Shown here: one piece after another, positions 16,956 to 25,583 of the stretch | Layout of the letters: every line of letters begins with the position of its first letter | Numbering within the stretch: position 1 is the first letter of the stretch | Assembly: GCA_942493095.1 (NCBI GenBank) | Contig: OW818675.1 | Coordinates: 1,350,001-1,382,000, forward strand | Origin: Candidatus Electronema halotolerans | GTDB taxonomy: Bacteria > Desulfobacterota > Desulfobulbia > Desulfobulbales > Desulfobulbaceae | Direction of reading: 5' to 3' | DNA length: 32,000 nt | Notes under the pieces: generated by a model | What the model was told of the DNA's origin: nothing | Database searches by the model: none | The model's input: only the letters and a program-made list of their open reading frames with translations | Made by a program: the position numbers and the translations under genes

Positions 16956-16960
16956 GACGA

Positions 16961-17788
16961 ATGAAGCGCATTCTTCTCCTGCTGCCAGCTCTGCTTGCTC
17001 TTGCGCATGGGACGGTGCTGTGCGCGGCAGAGAGCTACACGCTCTCCATGCTGCCGGTTCAGCCGCCGGAGGAGCTGACGGCCATGCTCACGCCCTTGGC
17101 CGCCCGCCTGAGCACGGCGACCGGCAACAACATCCGTCCGGTGCTGACTGACAATGCGGCAGCGTATGAGGCCGGGCTGCTGCGGGGCAACATTGTCATT
17201 GGCTATGAAAGCCCGATGGTCTATGTCAATGCCTCCAGTCAGCACGAGGTGCTGGCCACAGCAGTGCAGGGCAAGGACGGCCCGCAGCAGCAGGGCCTGA
17301 TCATCAGCCGGTCTGATGCAGGAATTGCCGCGCCTCAGGACCTGAAAGGCAAAACTGTCATGATCACCAGCCGCTCGTCCGCAGCCGGATATCTCTCGCA
17401 GAAGCTGTTCCTCAAAAAGGCGGGGCTTGATCTGGAGCGGGACTGCCTTTTGATTGAAGCGGCGGCAGGCCGGGGCGAAAACGTGGTCATTGGCGTGAGT
17501 CTTGGCGATGCTGAGGCCGGTTTTGTCAGCAAGGCAGCTTGGCAGCAGGCTGCGGAATTCATCAAGCCAGGCTCGGTCAAGCAGGTCATGACCGGCGCTC
17601 CCCTGCCGAACTGGGCCTTGTCAGTCAGCCGCCGCATGCCGGAAGAGCAGAAAGAGGAACTCCGGGCTGTCCTGACCCGGCTTCCCAAGGAGGATGCCGC
17701 GCTTCAGGCATTGGGAGTCACGGCCTTCAAAGCCGCTGAAGACGCAGAGTATGACATCATCCGCCATCTTGCCGAAAATAATAACTGA
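16961..17788 (+). CDS. PhnD-like (phosphonate/phosphite-type) periplasmic substrate-binding protein, with no transporter partners nearby
   Basis: Starts 5 nt after the previous stop. Signal peptide MKRILLLLPALLALAHG; YTLSMLPVQPPEELTAMLTPLAARLS..; DLKGKTVMITSRSSAAGYLSQKLFLKKAGLD. Confidence 0.65.
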   Translation: MKRILLLLPALLALAHGTVLCAAESYTLSMLPVQPPEELTAMLTPLAARLSTATGNNIRPVLTDNAAAYEAGLLRGNIVIGYESPMVYVNASSQHEVLATAVQGKDGPQQQGLIISRSDAGIAAPQDLKGKTVMITSRSSAAGYLSQKLFLKKAGLDLERDCLLIEAAAGRGENVVIGVSLGDAEAGFVSKAAWQQAAEFIKPGSVKQVMTGAPLPNWALSVSRRMPEEQKEELRAVLTRLPKEDAALQALGVTAFKAAEDAEYDIIRHLAENNN

Positions 17789-17791
17789 CTC

Positions 17792-18799
17792 ATGCTTTTG
17801 CCACGGGAAAAGCCCTTTCTGAGCGGCTTGAACAGCTACTACTTGGATGTTGAAAAATTTATTCAGCATCTGCAAGGGGAAATCGGCAGCGGCTGTCTGC
17901 ACGGCCAAGGCGCGGATCAGGAACTGATGGTCTATTTCGATGAATCAGACATTGTCCGCAGCCTGACCCAGAACAACGGCGAACATGCTGTAGCCTCGGA
18001 GCGGCTGGATCATGTCTTGGCTGCCTTGGTGCAGCGCAATTTCCAGATCACCATCTATTTCCTTGATGCGGATTCGATTTTTTTCTGGGGCCAGCTGTCC
18101 GCCTTCCGCCGGGCCAAGGAGCAGCTGGCCGCCTCCAAAGTCAGCCTGCCAGACTTGGTCTTCCGCCTGCACAAGAAAAATTTCTCTGGGTTCATTGAAG
18201 TGGATGTCAAGGGACGAACAGACTGCGCAGTGCTCTTCTTTCACCAAGGAGAGCGGAGAGGCGGCTCCTATTGCTGGGGCACGGGCGGCCTCAGCATTGC
18301 TGATGACGACTACAACACCTTGGTGGCCATGCTCCAGAAGAGCGGCGGCACATACAGCTTGGGCTATTTCATTGACGAGCCATTGGAAACCGCTCCAGCA
18401 GTGGAATCTGCTGCGGCAGAGAAGGAAGCTCCAGCCGGGTCGGCAGCGCGGCAGCTGACAGAACTTGATCAGGCAGTGAGCGCATTTGTCCGCACCTTCA
18501 CCAAGGTGGCTGCGGCCAAGCACGATCTTGAGCCGCTGCTGGAGCTGAAGCTGAAATTTATTGACTTTGTCTCCATTTATCCGGTGCTTGATCCGTACAA
18601 CAAAGCCTGCCTGCTCCACGAGGACGGCAGCGTCACCTTTGCCGATGATCAGGCTGCCAAAGAGGGCGCGGAAGGCATTGTTGACTGCGCCTGGATGGTT
18701 ATTGAGGAGCAGAAGCTGCATAAAAAGTTTCTTGCCGCCCTGAAGAACATGCCGGACAGGGAACTCTTTGCGCAACAGGGCATTGAGCTGGAACGCTGA
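17792..18799 (+). CDS. Cytoplasmic protein with two PATAN/DUF4388-like repeats and an uncharacterised C-terminal domain
   Basis: Starts 3 nt after the previous stop. Repeat 1: LSGLNSYYLDVEKFIQHLQGEIGSGCLHGQGADQELMVYFDESDIVRS. Repeat 2: SLPDLVFRLHKKNFSGFIEVDVKGRTDCAVLFFHQGERRGG. The family assignment is from memory of the motif only. Confidence 0.5.
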   Translation: MLLPREKPFLSGLNSYYLDVEKFIQHLQGEIGSGCLHGQGADQELMVYFDESDIVRSLTQNNGEHAVASERLDHVLAALVQRNFQITIYFLDADSIFFWGQLSAFRRAKEQLAASKVSLPDLVFRLHKKNFSGFIEVDVKGRTDCAVLFFHQGERRGGSYCWGTGGLSIADDDYNTLVAMLQKSGGTYSLGYFIDEPLETAPAVESAAAEKEAPAGSAARQLTELDQAVSAFVRTFTKVAAAKHDLEPLLELKLKFIDFVSIYPVLDPYNKACLLHEDGSVTFADDQAAKEGAEGIVDCAWMVIEEQKLHKKFLAALKNMPDRELFAQQGIELER

Positions 18800-18861
18800 T
18801 CACCCTGCAGCACGTTCCGGCATTTCAGGGGAATCTGTGAAACCGCACTGAAGGACGGAGC

Positions 18862-19737
18862 ATGAAACCGCTTGCCCGGAAAGCTCTGCTGTCTGCTGCC
18901 GGAATCCTGGCCGCTGCGCTGCTCTTCCTCTCCCCTGCCCTGCGCCTGCCGCTGCTTGATGATGCGGCAGATGCCTATTTCCAGGCCGCCATCACCAAGG
19001 GCGGTCTGTCCTACGCCACCTGCCGGGTGATCAACGCCTCAGTCTCAATTATCGAAGAATCCAGCCTGCATCTGGAGCCAGCCGGAGTCGGCGTGTCCTT
19101 GGCGGTCGGGCAGGCTCTTGATCCGATTGACGATCTGACCGAGCGGGTTTCTGATGTTCTGGTGACCGCTGTCACCTCGCTGGGTGTTCAGAAGCTGGCC
19201 TATGAGATCGGCATTTCCCTTGCCCCGCCTGCGCTGGCAGTACTGCTGGCTCTGCTCTCGCTGCTGGTCTGGTTTGGCAATGCGCGGGTGAACATGGTCC
19301 AGAAAACCTTCACCCGTTTTGCCCTGCTATTGGTCGTGGCCCGTTTCTGCCTGCCAGTCTCCTCGCTGGTGAACACGGTTGTCTATGATCGTTTTTTCGC
19401 AGAACGGATTGAACAGGTGGGCAGCAATCTGGCTGCCGGGTCAGCAGGTTTTGATAAGCTGAAGGATTTTTCCCTGCCAGAATACAGCATTTTTGCCACT
19501 GCCTCCCTGCTCAGGCAGAAATCCACCGAACTGCGCGACGCGCTGACCGAAGTTGGAGAGAATGTCGGTGATCTGACCGCAAATCTGCTCCAGCTCGCCT
19601 TTCTCTATGTCGGCATTTTTGTGATTCAGGTGCTGGTGCTGCCGCTTCTCTCCTTCTTCATGCTGGCTAAAACCTTGAACGCGCTTTTTGGCACCAACCT
19701 GCCTCTGCTGGCCCTGCCGCCAGCGGATAATGACTGA
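18862..19737 (+). CDS. Polytopic membrane protein of unknown function
   Basis: 291 aa with GGACGGAG upstream. N-terminal TM/signal, two central TMs (LAPPALAVLLALLSLLVWF, FALLLVVARFCLPVSSLV) and a C-terminal TM (LAFLYVGIFVIQVLVLPLLSFFML). Confidence 0.55.
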   Translation: MKPLARKALLSAAGILAAALLFLSPALRLPLLDDAADAYFQAAITKGGLSYATCRVINASVSIIEESSLHLEPAGVGVSLAVGQALDPIDDLTERVSDVLVTAVTSLGVQKLAYEIGISLAPPALAVLLALLSLLVWFGNARVNMVQKTFTRFALLLVVARFCLPVSSLVNTVVYDRFFAERIEQVGSNLAAGSAGFDKLKDFSLPEYSIFATASLLRQKSTELRDALTEVGENVGDLTANLLQLAFLYVGIFVIQVLVLPLLSFFMLAKTLNALFGTNLPLLALPPADND

Positions 19738-19849
19738 CAGAGAGAAAGCAGCTCCCAAAGGAGATTAGCCATGAACAAAACCGCGAGTATGCCCCTGAGT
19801 TGAAAGATCGGGTGGAAGATATTTCGGCAGATAGTCTGACCATCACCCA

Positions 19850-20548
19850 TTATCCACCAAATTTTCTCTTGAGATACTCAACATGCTTTTGATCTGTTTC
19901 TTTGCTTTGTTCAAGCATGACGTTTTTAATGCAAGAGACAGAACGCTTTATTTTGCTGTCTGTGATGCGGCCAAAATCAAAGACAGCAAGAAAATCCTTC
20001 AGCTCATCAATAAAAAGCACTCCTTCAGGAATATCTGTCTTGAATTGCGCATTACCAGTGAAGACAACAATGCTTTGCATGACCTCTTCCGGCAGAAAAC
20101 CCAGCACGCTCTGAACTGCCAGCCAATGCTTGTAGTTCTGACGCAACGGATTTTGAAATGTATTTTTGCTTTTTCCTGTCACTTGGGTCCATGTCACATC
20201 TTCTGTTTCTGCAAAAATCCATCCTGAATAATTTTTGGTTTCAATAACAAGTATGCCTTTTTTGGAAAGGAGAATATGGTCAATTTGCGTTGTTCCATCC
20301 TTAAAGTGCATCGTCACATTGTCGAAAAGGCATGCGCCTGAATGTCTGCAATACTCATCAAGAACAGCATTGACCGCATCTTCCCCCTGCTTCCCGCGTT
20401 GGGCGGCAGTTGCTGGCGAAGATATTTCGGCCTTGCGTGACGACCTTTTCCGGGGCTGCTTTTTTTTTCTGCCAAAGCGAAGGCGCAGTCGATAGACAAG
20501 AATTGCAAGTGTGGCAAGCCAAAACAGCATTCCAAGAAGTTCCTTCAT
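19850..20548 (-). CDS. Membrane-anchored NERD (nuclease-related) domain protein
   Basis: ..GKQGEDAVNAVLDEY..TQIDHILLSKKGILVIETKNYSGWIF..TWTQV..FQNPLRQNYKHWLAV.. The first ATG is at 20548, with GAGG 8 nt upstream; the track start at 20626 is TTG. The gene is visibly AT-richer than its neighbours. Confidence 0.7.
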   Translation of the reverse strand: MKELLGMLFWLATLAILVYRLRLRFGRKKKQPRKRSSRKAEISSPATAAQRGKQGEDAVNAVLDEYCRHSGACLFDNVTMHFKDGTTQIDHILLSKKGILVIETKNYSGWIFAETEDVTWTQVTGKSKNTFQNPLRQNYKHWLAVQSVLGFLPEEVMQSIVVFTGNAQFKTDIPEGVLFIDELKDFLAVFDFGRITDSKIKRSVSCIKNVMLEQSKETDQKHVEYLKRKFGG

Positions 20549-20655
20549 ACTCTGCCTCGGTAAAAAATGTCTGATGATTCCTGCAAGGGCGGGACAGAGG
20601 AAAACATACAGAAAATAAAAAAGCAAGAAGATAAAGGCGGAGCAAATAGAAAAAT

Positions 20656-21033
20656 ATGAAATGTTCAGAGCTTGCCCAAGAAGCTATTGACAAGGTGCGG
20701 CAGCAGCGGACAGCAGGCCGTCGGCAAAAAACAGCTCGCGTCGTCAAGAAAGGCTGCAGCTCTGTCGGAAAAACAGCAAGTTTTACCAAAGCAGTTCTGG
20801 CCGCAGCAGGAATATTCTTTCTCTCATCTTTTGTCTTTGTGTCATGCGCAACATTTCTTGCCTCATTTGAAAAACAGAGACAAGCAGTCCACAGCACGGC
20901 AAGAACACCGGCTGTCCGGACAAATACAAGCAATTCAGCACCTGTCAAGAAACGCTATGGGCAAGAAATATACAAATGGGTTGATGCAAATGGTGTTGTC
21001 CATTTGAGCAACACGAAAGATGAAGAATACTAA
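20656..21033 (+). CDS. Small membrane protein with a DUF4124-like C-terminus
   Basis: TM AVLAAAGIFFLSSFVFVSCATFL, then C-terminal IYKWVDANGVVHLSNTKDEE. Confidence 0.45.
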   Translation: MKCSELAQEAIDKVRQQRTAGRRQKTARVVKKGCSSVGKTASFTKAVLAAAGIFFLSSFVFVSCATFLASFEKQRQAVHSTARTPAVRTNTSNSAPVKKRYGQEIYKWVDANGVVHLSNTKDEEY

Positions 21034-22972
21034 CAAGTCAAACAACAGCAAATTCAATTTTATGCAATTAGACAATATCCTCTGGCTGCCGGACGAAACC
21101 CAGGCTGTCCTCTTTGACATGGATGGGGTGCTCTTGGACAGCCTTGGTCTGGACTTCACTCTCTGCAATGAGCTGCTCCGCAAGAATCTTGGCCGAGAGG
21201 CGCAGCTCTCCAAAGACTTCATCCGCTCCATCTTTGCCTATCATCCGCCGGAATTCTGGCGGAGAATCTTTGCCTTGATCGAAGAACAGGACGGCATTGC
21301 CGCTGCGGATGCGGTGCGGCAGACTGTTCTTGATGAATACAATGCGGCCCGCAAGGAGGCTGTCTTTCCGGTCAATCCCGGCATCGTTGCTCTTCTTGCC
21401 GCCTGCAAGGAACAGCGGCTCAAGACAGCCGTGGTCTCCAACAATCCAACTGAGGATGTCTGCAATATCCTCAGCCAATCCGGCATTGCCGAATACTTTG
21501 ACTTGATTGTCGGCAATGATCTGCACAAGCTCCAGCCAAAGCCCGCGCCTGACACCTACATCTATGCCGCCAACATGCTGGAAATGCTGCCCGGTAATTG
21601 CGCAGTGATTGAGGATTCGCTGCTCGGTGCGGAAGCAGGCGGCAAGGCAGGCTGCTTTGTGGTTGGAGTGGCCACCGGCGGCACGAGTTTTGCCGACTTG
21701 GAGGCCTCAGAACAGACCCGGCGGGTTTATGCCTCATTTCATCCCAATCAGCTTGTCCTCCAATTCGGCGATGTGACCCAAAAGCGCCTGCATACGCCGA
21801 ACGACTTTGTCAGTCATGCGATTGAGCACATTGCTTGGCGGATGGGCTGCGGCATTGAGCTGTTCTGGAACAGCAATGACTGGCCGCAGCTTGGTCTTGC
21901 CCTAGGCCGTTGCATTGCCAATCTGCCGCAGCAGGCTGCCATGGCTGCGGCCTTGGGCATGATTGATGACGGCAGCGCGGAAGTGACCATCACGTTGGCA
22001 GATGAGCCGGACTTCCTGATTGAGACGGTGGAGCAGCTTGATCCGGCCTGGTTCTTCAGCCTGCGCTGCGAGCAGGTTGAATCGAGCGCGCCGCTGCTGG
22101 AGCTGCTGCGCGGCCTGACGCAAGGGCTGCAAGCACGGCTGCATGTCCTTGTCTGCGGGGTGGAAGACCCGCATCATGCCTGGGAGGGCGTGTTCCGGGC
22201 CATCGGCATTGCCTTGGGTAAAATCTTCGCGCCAAAGGCAATGCCTCCAGCAGCGGCGACGCAGCCGAATAAGGCTCCGGCGCATGGCATCATGGTTGAG
22301 GAATTGACCGACCAGACGGCGGCGGTTGTCCGCAGCACCGCAGAGAGCCGGGTCCGGGTGGCAGTGAACTGCGCCGGGCACTGGCCGGGCTGCTGCAGCT
22401 TCAAGGTTGGCCCGTCCATTCAGGTCTCTGCATTCGGCGGCCTGCTGGAGGCAATGGCCAAGGAGGCCGGTTTCACGCTGTCGGTTGATTTCACGGCGGA
22501 ACAGCTCAGTTCCAGCCATGTGGTGATGGAAGATACCGGCTTGGTCTTGGGCCGTGCCCTCAAGGAGCTACTGATCCGGCGCATGAACGGCGCAGGCGTG
22601 AACGGCGCAGGCAGCAGCATTCAGAGCGAGACCGACATGGCCAGCCAGCCGCTCAGGGTCGGGGTGAGCGTGGAGGGCCGCAAGTTTGTCAAGTTCGTGC
22701 CCTTTGCTGAAGATTGGACCGCGTTCCGCAAACATTTCCTGCTTGGCCAGGATGTCTATGGCGGCCTGTTCTCAGAGGACTTGGATGACTTTCTCGACGG
22801 CTTGGCAGGCGGGCTGCATTGCAGCATTGTGGTGCATGTCCGGGAGCGCGTTGCCCCGGCAGAAGGCTGGCTCCTGCTCTTCCAGCAGCTCGGCAAAGCC
22901 TTGCACGAGGTCTTTGCGGAGAATCCGGCCCGGAAAGGCGTGCCGCCCGGTGTGAAGGCGACGCTGGCCTAA
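21020..22972 (+). CDS. HAD-superfamily phosphatase fused to two tandem degenerate imidazoleglycerol-phosphate dehydratase-like domains
   Basis: 650 aa. HAD motifs are VLFDMDGVLLDS, AVVSNN and VIEDSLLGAEAGGKAG. Unit 1 (about aa 255-405): FVSHAIEHIAWRMGCGIELF..GVEDPHHAWEGVFRAIGIALG. Unit 2 (about aa 433-650): AAVVRSTAESRVRVAVN..SSSHVVMEDTGLVLGRAL..GVPPGVKATLA. An alternative start is ATG 21062. Confidence 0.65.
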   Translation: MKNTNKSNNSKFNFMQLDNILWLPDETQAVLFDMDGVLLDSLGLDFTLCNELLRKNLGREAQLSKDFIRSIFAYHPPEFWRRIFALIEEQDGIAAADAVRQTVLDEYNAARKEAVFPVNPGIVALLAACKEQRLKTAVVSNNPTEDVCNILSQSGIAEYFDLIVGNDLHKLQPKPAPDTYIYAANMLEMLPGNCAVIEDSLLGAEAGGKAGCFVVGVATGGTSFADLEASEQTRRVYASFHPNQLVLQFGDVTQKRLHTPNDFVSHAIEHIAWRMGCGIELFWNSNDWPQLGLALGRCIANLPQQAAMAAALGMIDDGSAEVTITLADEPDFLIETVEQLDPAWFFSLRCEQVESSAPLLELLRGLTQGLQARLHVLVCGVEDPHHAWEGVFRAIGIALGKIFAPKAMPPAAATQPNKAPAHGIMVEELTDQTAAVVRSTAESRVRVAVNCAGHWPGCCSFKVGPSIQVSAFGGLLEAMAKEAGFTLSVDFTAEQLSSSHVVMEDTGLVLGRALKELLIRRMNGAGVNGAGSSIQSETDMASQPLRVGVSVEGRKFVKFVPFAEDWTAFRKHFLLGQDVYGGLFSEDLDDFLDGLAGGLHCSIVVHVRERVAPAEGWLLLFQQLGKALHEVFAENPARKGVPPGVKATLA

Positions 22973-23086
22973 GACTCTCGACCTATGAGGTATGCCGCCA
23001 TCTTTTCAGCGTGCGAGGCTTGCCTTGTCAGTCATATACCCTGCCGACTGCTGGTGGAAAAGCTGAAACGCTCCCTGCGCCTCGGT

Positions 23087-23434
23087 TCAGAAAGTAATAA
23101 CTGAATATCCTTGGGTAATATAGTCAGCCATTGCAGGGTGGCCGGACATTGTGCCGATGAGCTGGATATCTTCCGCCTCAATTTCCTCGGCAACGCCCAG
23201 CTTGGCAGAGCAGGCTCGGCAGGCACCAAGGATCAGCCCCTTTCCCTTGGCCTCGGTGTAAAGCTGATGCAGAAAATGCTCAGGTTTGGCCATTTCCGGC
23301 ACCAGCTTGACCGCCTCGCCCTCCAAGACAATTTTCCCGCCCAAGCCCTGCGCAGCCATGTTCAGGCTGTTGAGCAGGACATGGATAAAGCACATCGGTT
23401 CGCCCTTGAAGGCGAACAGCACTGTTTCACTCAT
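23087..23434 (-). CDS. DsrE/DsrF-like family small protein
   Basis: 115 aa. MSETVLFAFKGEPMCFIHVLLNSLNMAAQG..LILGACRACSAKLGV.. The assignment is from fold-typical motifs only. Confidence 0.45.
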   Translation of the reverse strand: MSETVLFAFKGEPMCFIHVLLNSLNMAAQGLGGKIVLEGEAVKLVPEMAKPEHFLHQLYTEAKGKGLILGACRACSAKLGVAEEIEAEDIQLIGTMSGHPAMADYITQGYSVITF

Positions 23435-23463
23435 TGCAGTTTCCTCTTGCAGAGATGGAAATG

Positions 23464-23497
23464 AAAACCCCGGCCTCCTCTGCCAAGGAGACCGGGG
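23464..23497 (-). terminator. Rho-independent terminator after the cytochrome-trHb gene
   Basis: Minus strand: CCCCGGTCTCC-loop-GGAGGCCGGGG (one mismatch), followed by TTTT. Confidence 0.6.
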
Positions 23498-23528
23498 CTT
23501 CTGCTTTCAGGCAGGAGAGGCTTGCCTC

Positions 23529-25583
23529 TTACCTTCTGCCAAGCACATCCTCGCGGACGCTGTTAGCCACTTTGACCGCAATGTTGACAATCTCCGGCTT
23601 CACGCCCAGCTCTTCCAGAGCCTCGCGGAAGTGTTGGAGGATGATGTCAAAGTGCGTGTCATTGAGACCTTTCTCTTCGACCAAGCGGGCATGAACTGCT
23701 TTCAGAGCCCGGCCTGTGTAAGACTGGCCGCTGCCCAAGGCGAAGTTCATGAAACCCTTCTGCATCCGCCGCTGGGTGGCCATGTCAACGCCTTCAAAGA
23801 AGTAATTGACACGCGGATCAGCCATTACTTTGTCATAAAAAAGATCAACGGCCTTGCTGACCGCCACCTCGCCGCCAATTGTTTCATAGAAGGCAGCGGC
23901 GGCAGGTCCCTGCGGCAGGATGTCAGCTCGTTCCTGCACCGGTGCTACTGAAGGCTTGCCCTTGGTCTTGAAGGTCACGGTCTTGTCGATCATGTCAACC
24001 ACAGGCAGCGGATTCGGCACCTCTTTCAGCCCGTAAATCTCCTCCAGATCAAAGCCTTTGGGCATGTTGGCAAAGATTTTCTCAGCCAGCTTCTGGCCTG
24101 CGACCCGGAAACGGAGTTTGGCATGGAGGGTGAGGGTATGCTCATGCGGGTCATTATGCAGCTTGGTCAGAGAGGAGTAGTACACATCCTTGTAGCCCTT
24201 GGGCGGGATGATGTCATGCCGGGTGAAGGAAACCAGCTTCCACGGATCAGCCGTGAACTTCATGTTGATATCCGCGCCCTCGGAGTTGAACATATAGGTG
24301 TTGCCGTCCAGCTCGCCGTCTGGCTTGATAAAGCCGCTTTTCAGCACTTCCCTGCCGTCCTCATCCGTAGCTGTCACTTCCAGCCACATCTCCCGGACAT
24401 TGGTCAGCGAGGTGGGCAGGGCATGACCGCAGCGCTTGTTCCAAATCCGCACTTTAATCTTGCCCAACAAGCCGGTCTCATCGTAGATCGGCTCGATCTC
24501 CATCTCTGCGGCAGCTTGGAGCCGGGCCACAGCCATATCATACTTTAGCTGGGCATTGGCGGCCAGCTTGGCATCGCCCATTTTCTCAGCCCGCAGCTTG
24601 TCCAGCAGATACATGGTGAAGTTGGCACCGTTGAAGAAGTGGCGGTACTCGCTCCGCTTGGGCTTCTGGAAGGTGTCAGCAGAACGGATGAAGGTTGGAA
24701 TATCGACCATGTGGCAGTCCTGACACTGAATGCCCTTGATCGAATAGATGCCCTTCTTCCATTCGTTGTAGGTGTGCTCAATCGGGAAATGCTCTTCGTA
24801 ATGGAAGACCTGATGGCAGCCGCCGCACAGCTCGCCGCGCAGATGCAATGGCGACTCAATGCACTCATGGAAGCCGCCGCCGCAGCCGTCATAATTCGGG
24901 AAGGGGCCGTACTTGGTGCGGACATTGTTGCCGTTCTTGTCCTTGTAGCCAGGCGACAGGACATACGAACCATTCTCCGGCTCATGCGACGGAGTATCCC
25001 AGTGGGTGTGCGTTCTGATGGAATGGCAGACATCGCAGGACACGCCAGCCTTGGCCAGGTCGGTGAGCTTGGACATGTCCAGCTCCTCGCCCCGTTTCGG
25101 CCCCAGCCCGGAAACCGTGGCAGCGGCAGTGTGGCAGCCCTCGCACTGGTTGCGGATGCCTTCGCCCACATCCTTGATGCCCAAGATCAGCTCGCCGAGA
25201 TAGATGGGATCCCGGAACGCCTGCTCGTGCATGGAACCCTTCCAGTCTTCAAACTGCTGCGGATGGCAGCCGCCGCAGGTCATGACCGAAGGCACCTCAA
25301 AGGGCACGCCCTTGTCCTCAAAGGCGATGTTGGATGGGTAAAACTGATACTTCTGCTTGAGATAAGCGTGGTTGTACCGGGCGTAGGGAACATTCCAGAT
25401 ATTGGCTAACTGCTTGTCCACCTCGTAGGGATTAGGCGGCGCGTTCATTGTCGCCTGCGAAGGACTGTAGTTGGGCTGGGTTGCGCTGACTTGGCCCTGC
25501 TTCTGGGCAAAGACCGCAGCCGCATTCAAGGCCAGCCCTGCCGCTGTCAGACAGAGTACCAGCCCCATCCGCTTCTTTTTCAT
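23529..25583 (-). CDS. Periplasmic pentahaem c-type cytochrome fused to a C-terminal group-I-like truncated haemoglobin domain
   Basis: ATG 25583 has GGAGGAG 8 nt upstream. Signal peptide MKKKRMGLVLCLTAAGLALNAAAVFAQ. Five CxxCH motifs (CGGCH, CEGCH, CDVCH, CGGCH, CQDCH). The last 120 aa or so read FYETIGGEVAVSKAVDLFYDKVMADPRVNYFFEGVDMATQRRMQKGFMNFALGSGQSYTGRALKAVHARL..THFDIILQHFREALEELGV, which is trHb-like. Confidence 0.85.
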   Translation of the reverse strand: MKKKRMGLVLCLTAAGLALNAAAVFAQKQGQVSATQPNYSPSQATMNAPPNPYEVDKQLANIWNVPYARYNHAYLKQKYQFYPSNIAFEDKGVPFEVPSVMTCGGCHPQQFEDWKGSMHEQAFRDPIYLGELILGIKDVGEGIRNQCEGCHTAAATVSGLGPKRGEELDMSKLTDLAKAGVSCDVCHSIRTHTHWDTPSHEPENGSYVLSPGYKDKNGNNVRTKYGPFPNYDGCGGGFHECIESPLHLRGELCGGCHQVFHYEEHFPIEHTYNEWKKGIYSIKGIQCQDCHMVDIPTFIRSADTFQKPKRSEYRHFFNGANFTMYLLDKLRAEKMGDAKLAANAQLKYDMAVARLQAAAEMEIEPIYDETGLLGKIKVRIWNKRCGHALPTSLTNVREMWLEVTATDEDGREVLKSGFIKPDGELDGNTYMFNSEGADINMKFTADPWKLVSFTRHDIIPPKGYKDVYYSSLTKLHNDPHEHTLTLHAKLRFRVAGQKLAEKIFANMPKGFDLEEIYGLKEVPNPLPVVDMIDKTVTFKTKGKPSVAPVQERADILPQGPAAAAFYETIGGEVAVSKAVDLFYDKVMADPRVNYFFEGVDMATQRRMQKGFMNFALGSGQSYTGRALKAVHARLVEEKGLNDTHFDIILQHFREALEELGVKPEIVNIAVKVANSVREDVLGRR

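Noticed and set aside
19771-19803. 10-codon ORF MNKTASMPLS with a strong AAGGAGA Shine-Dalgarno sequence just after the operon
   Set aside because: It is too short to support from sequence alone. It could be a leader or micropeptide, but there is no conservation evidence.
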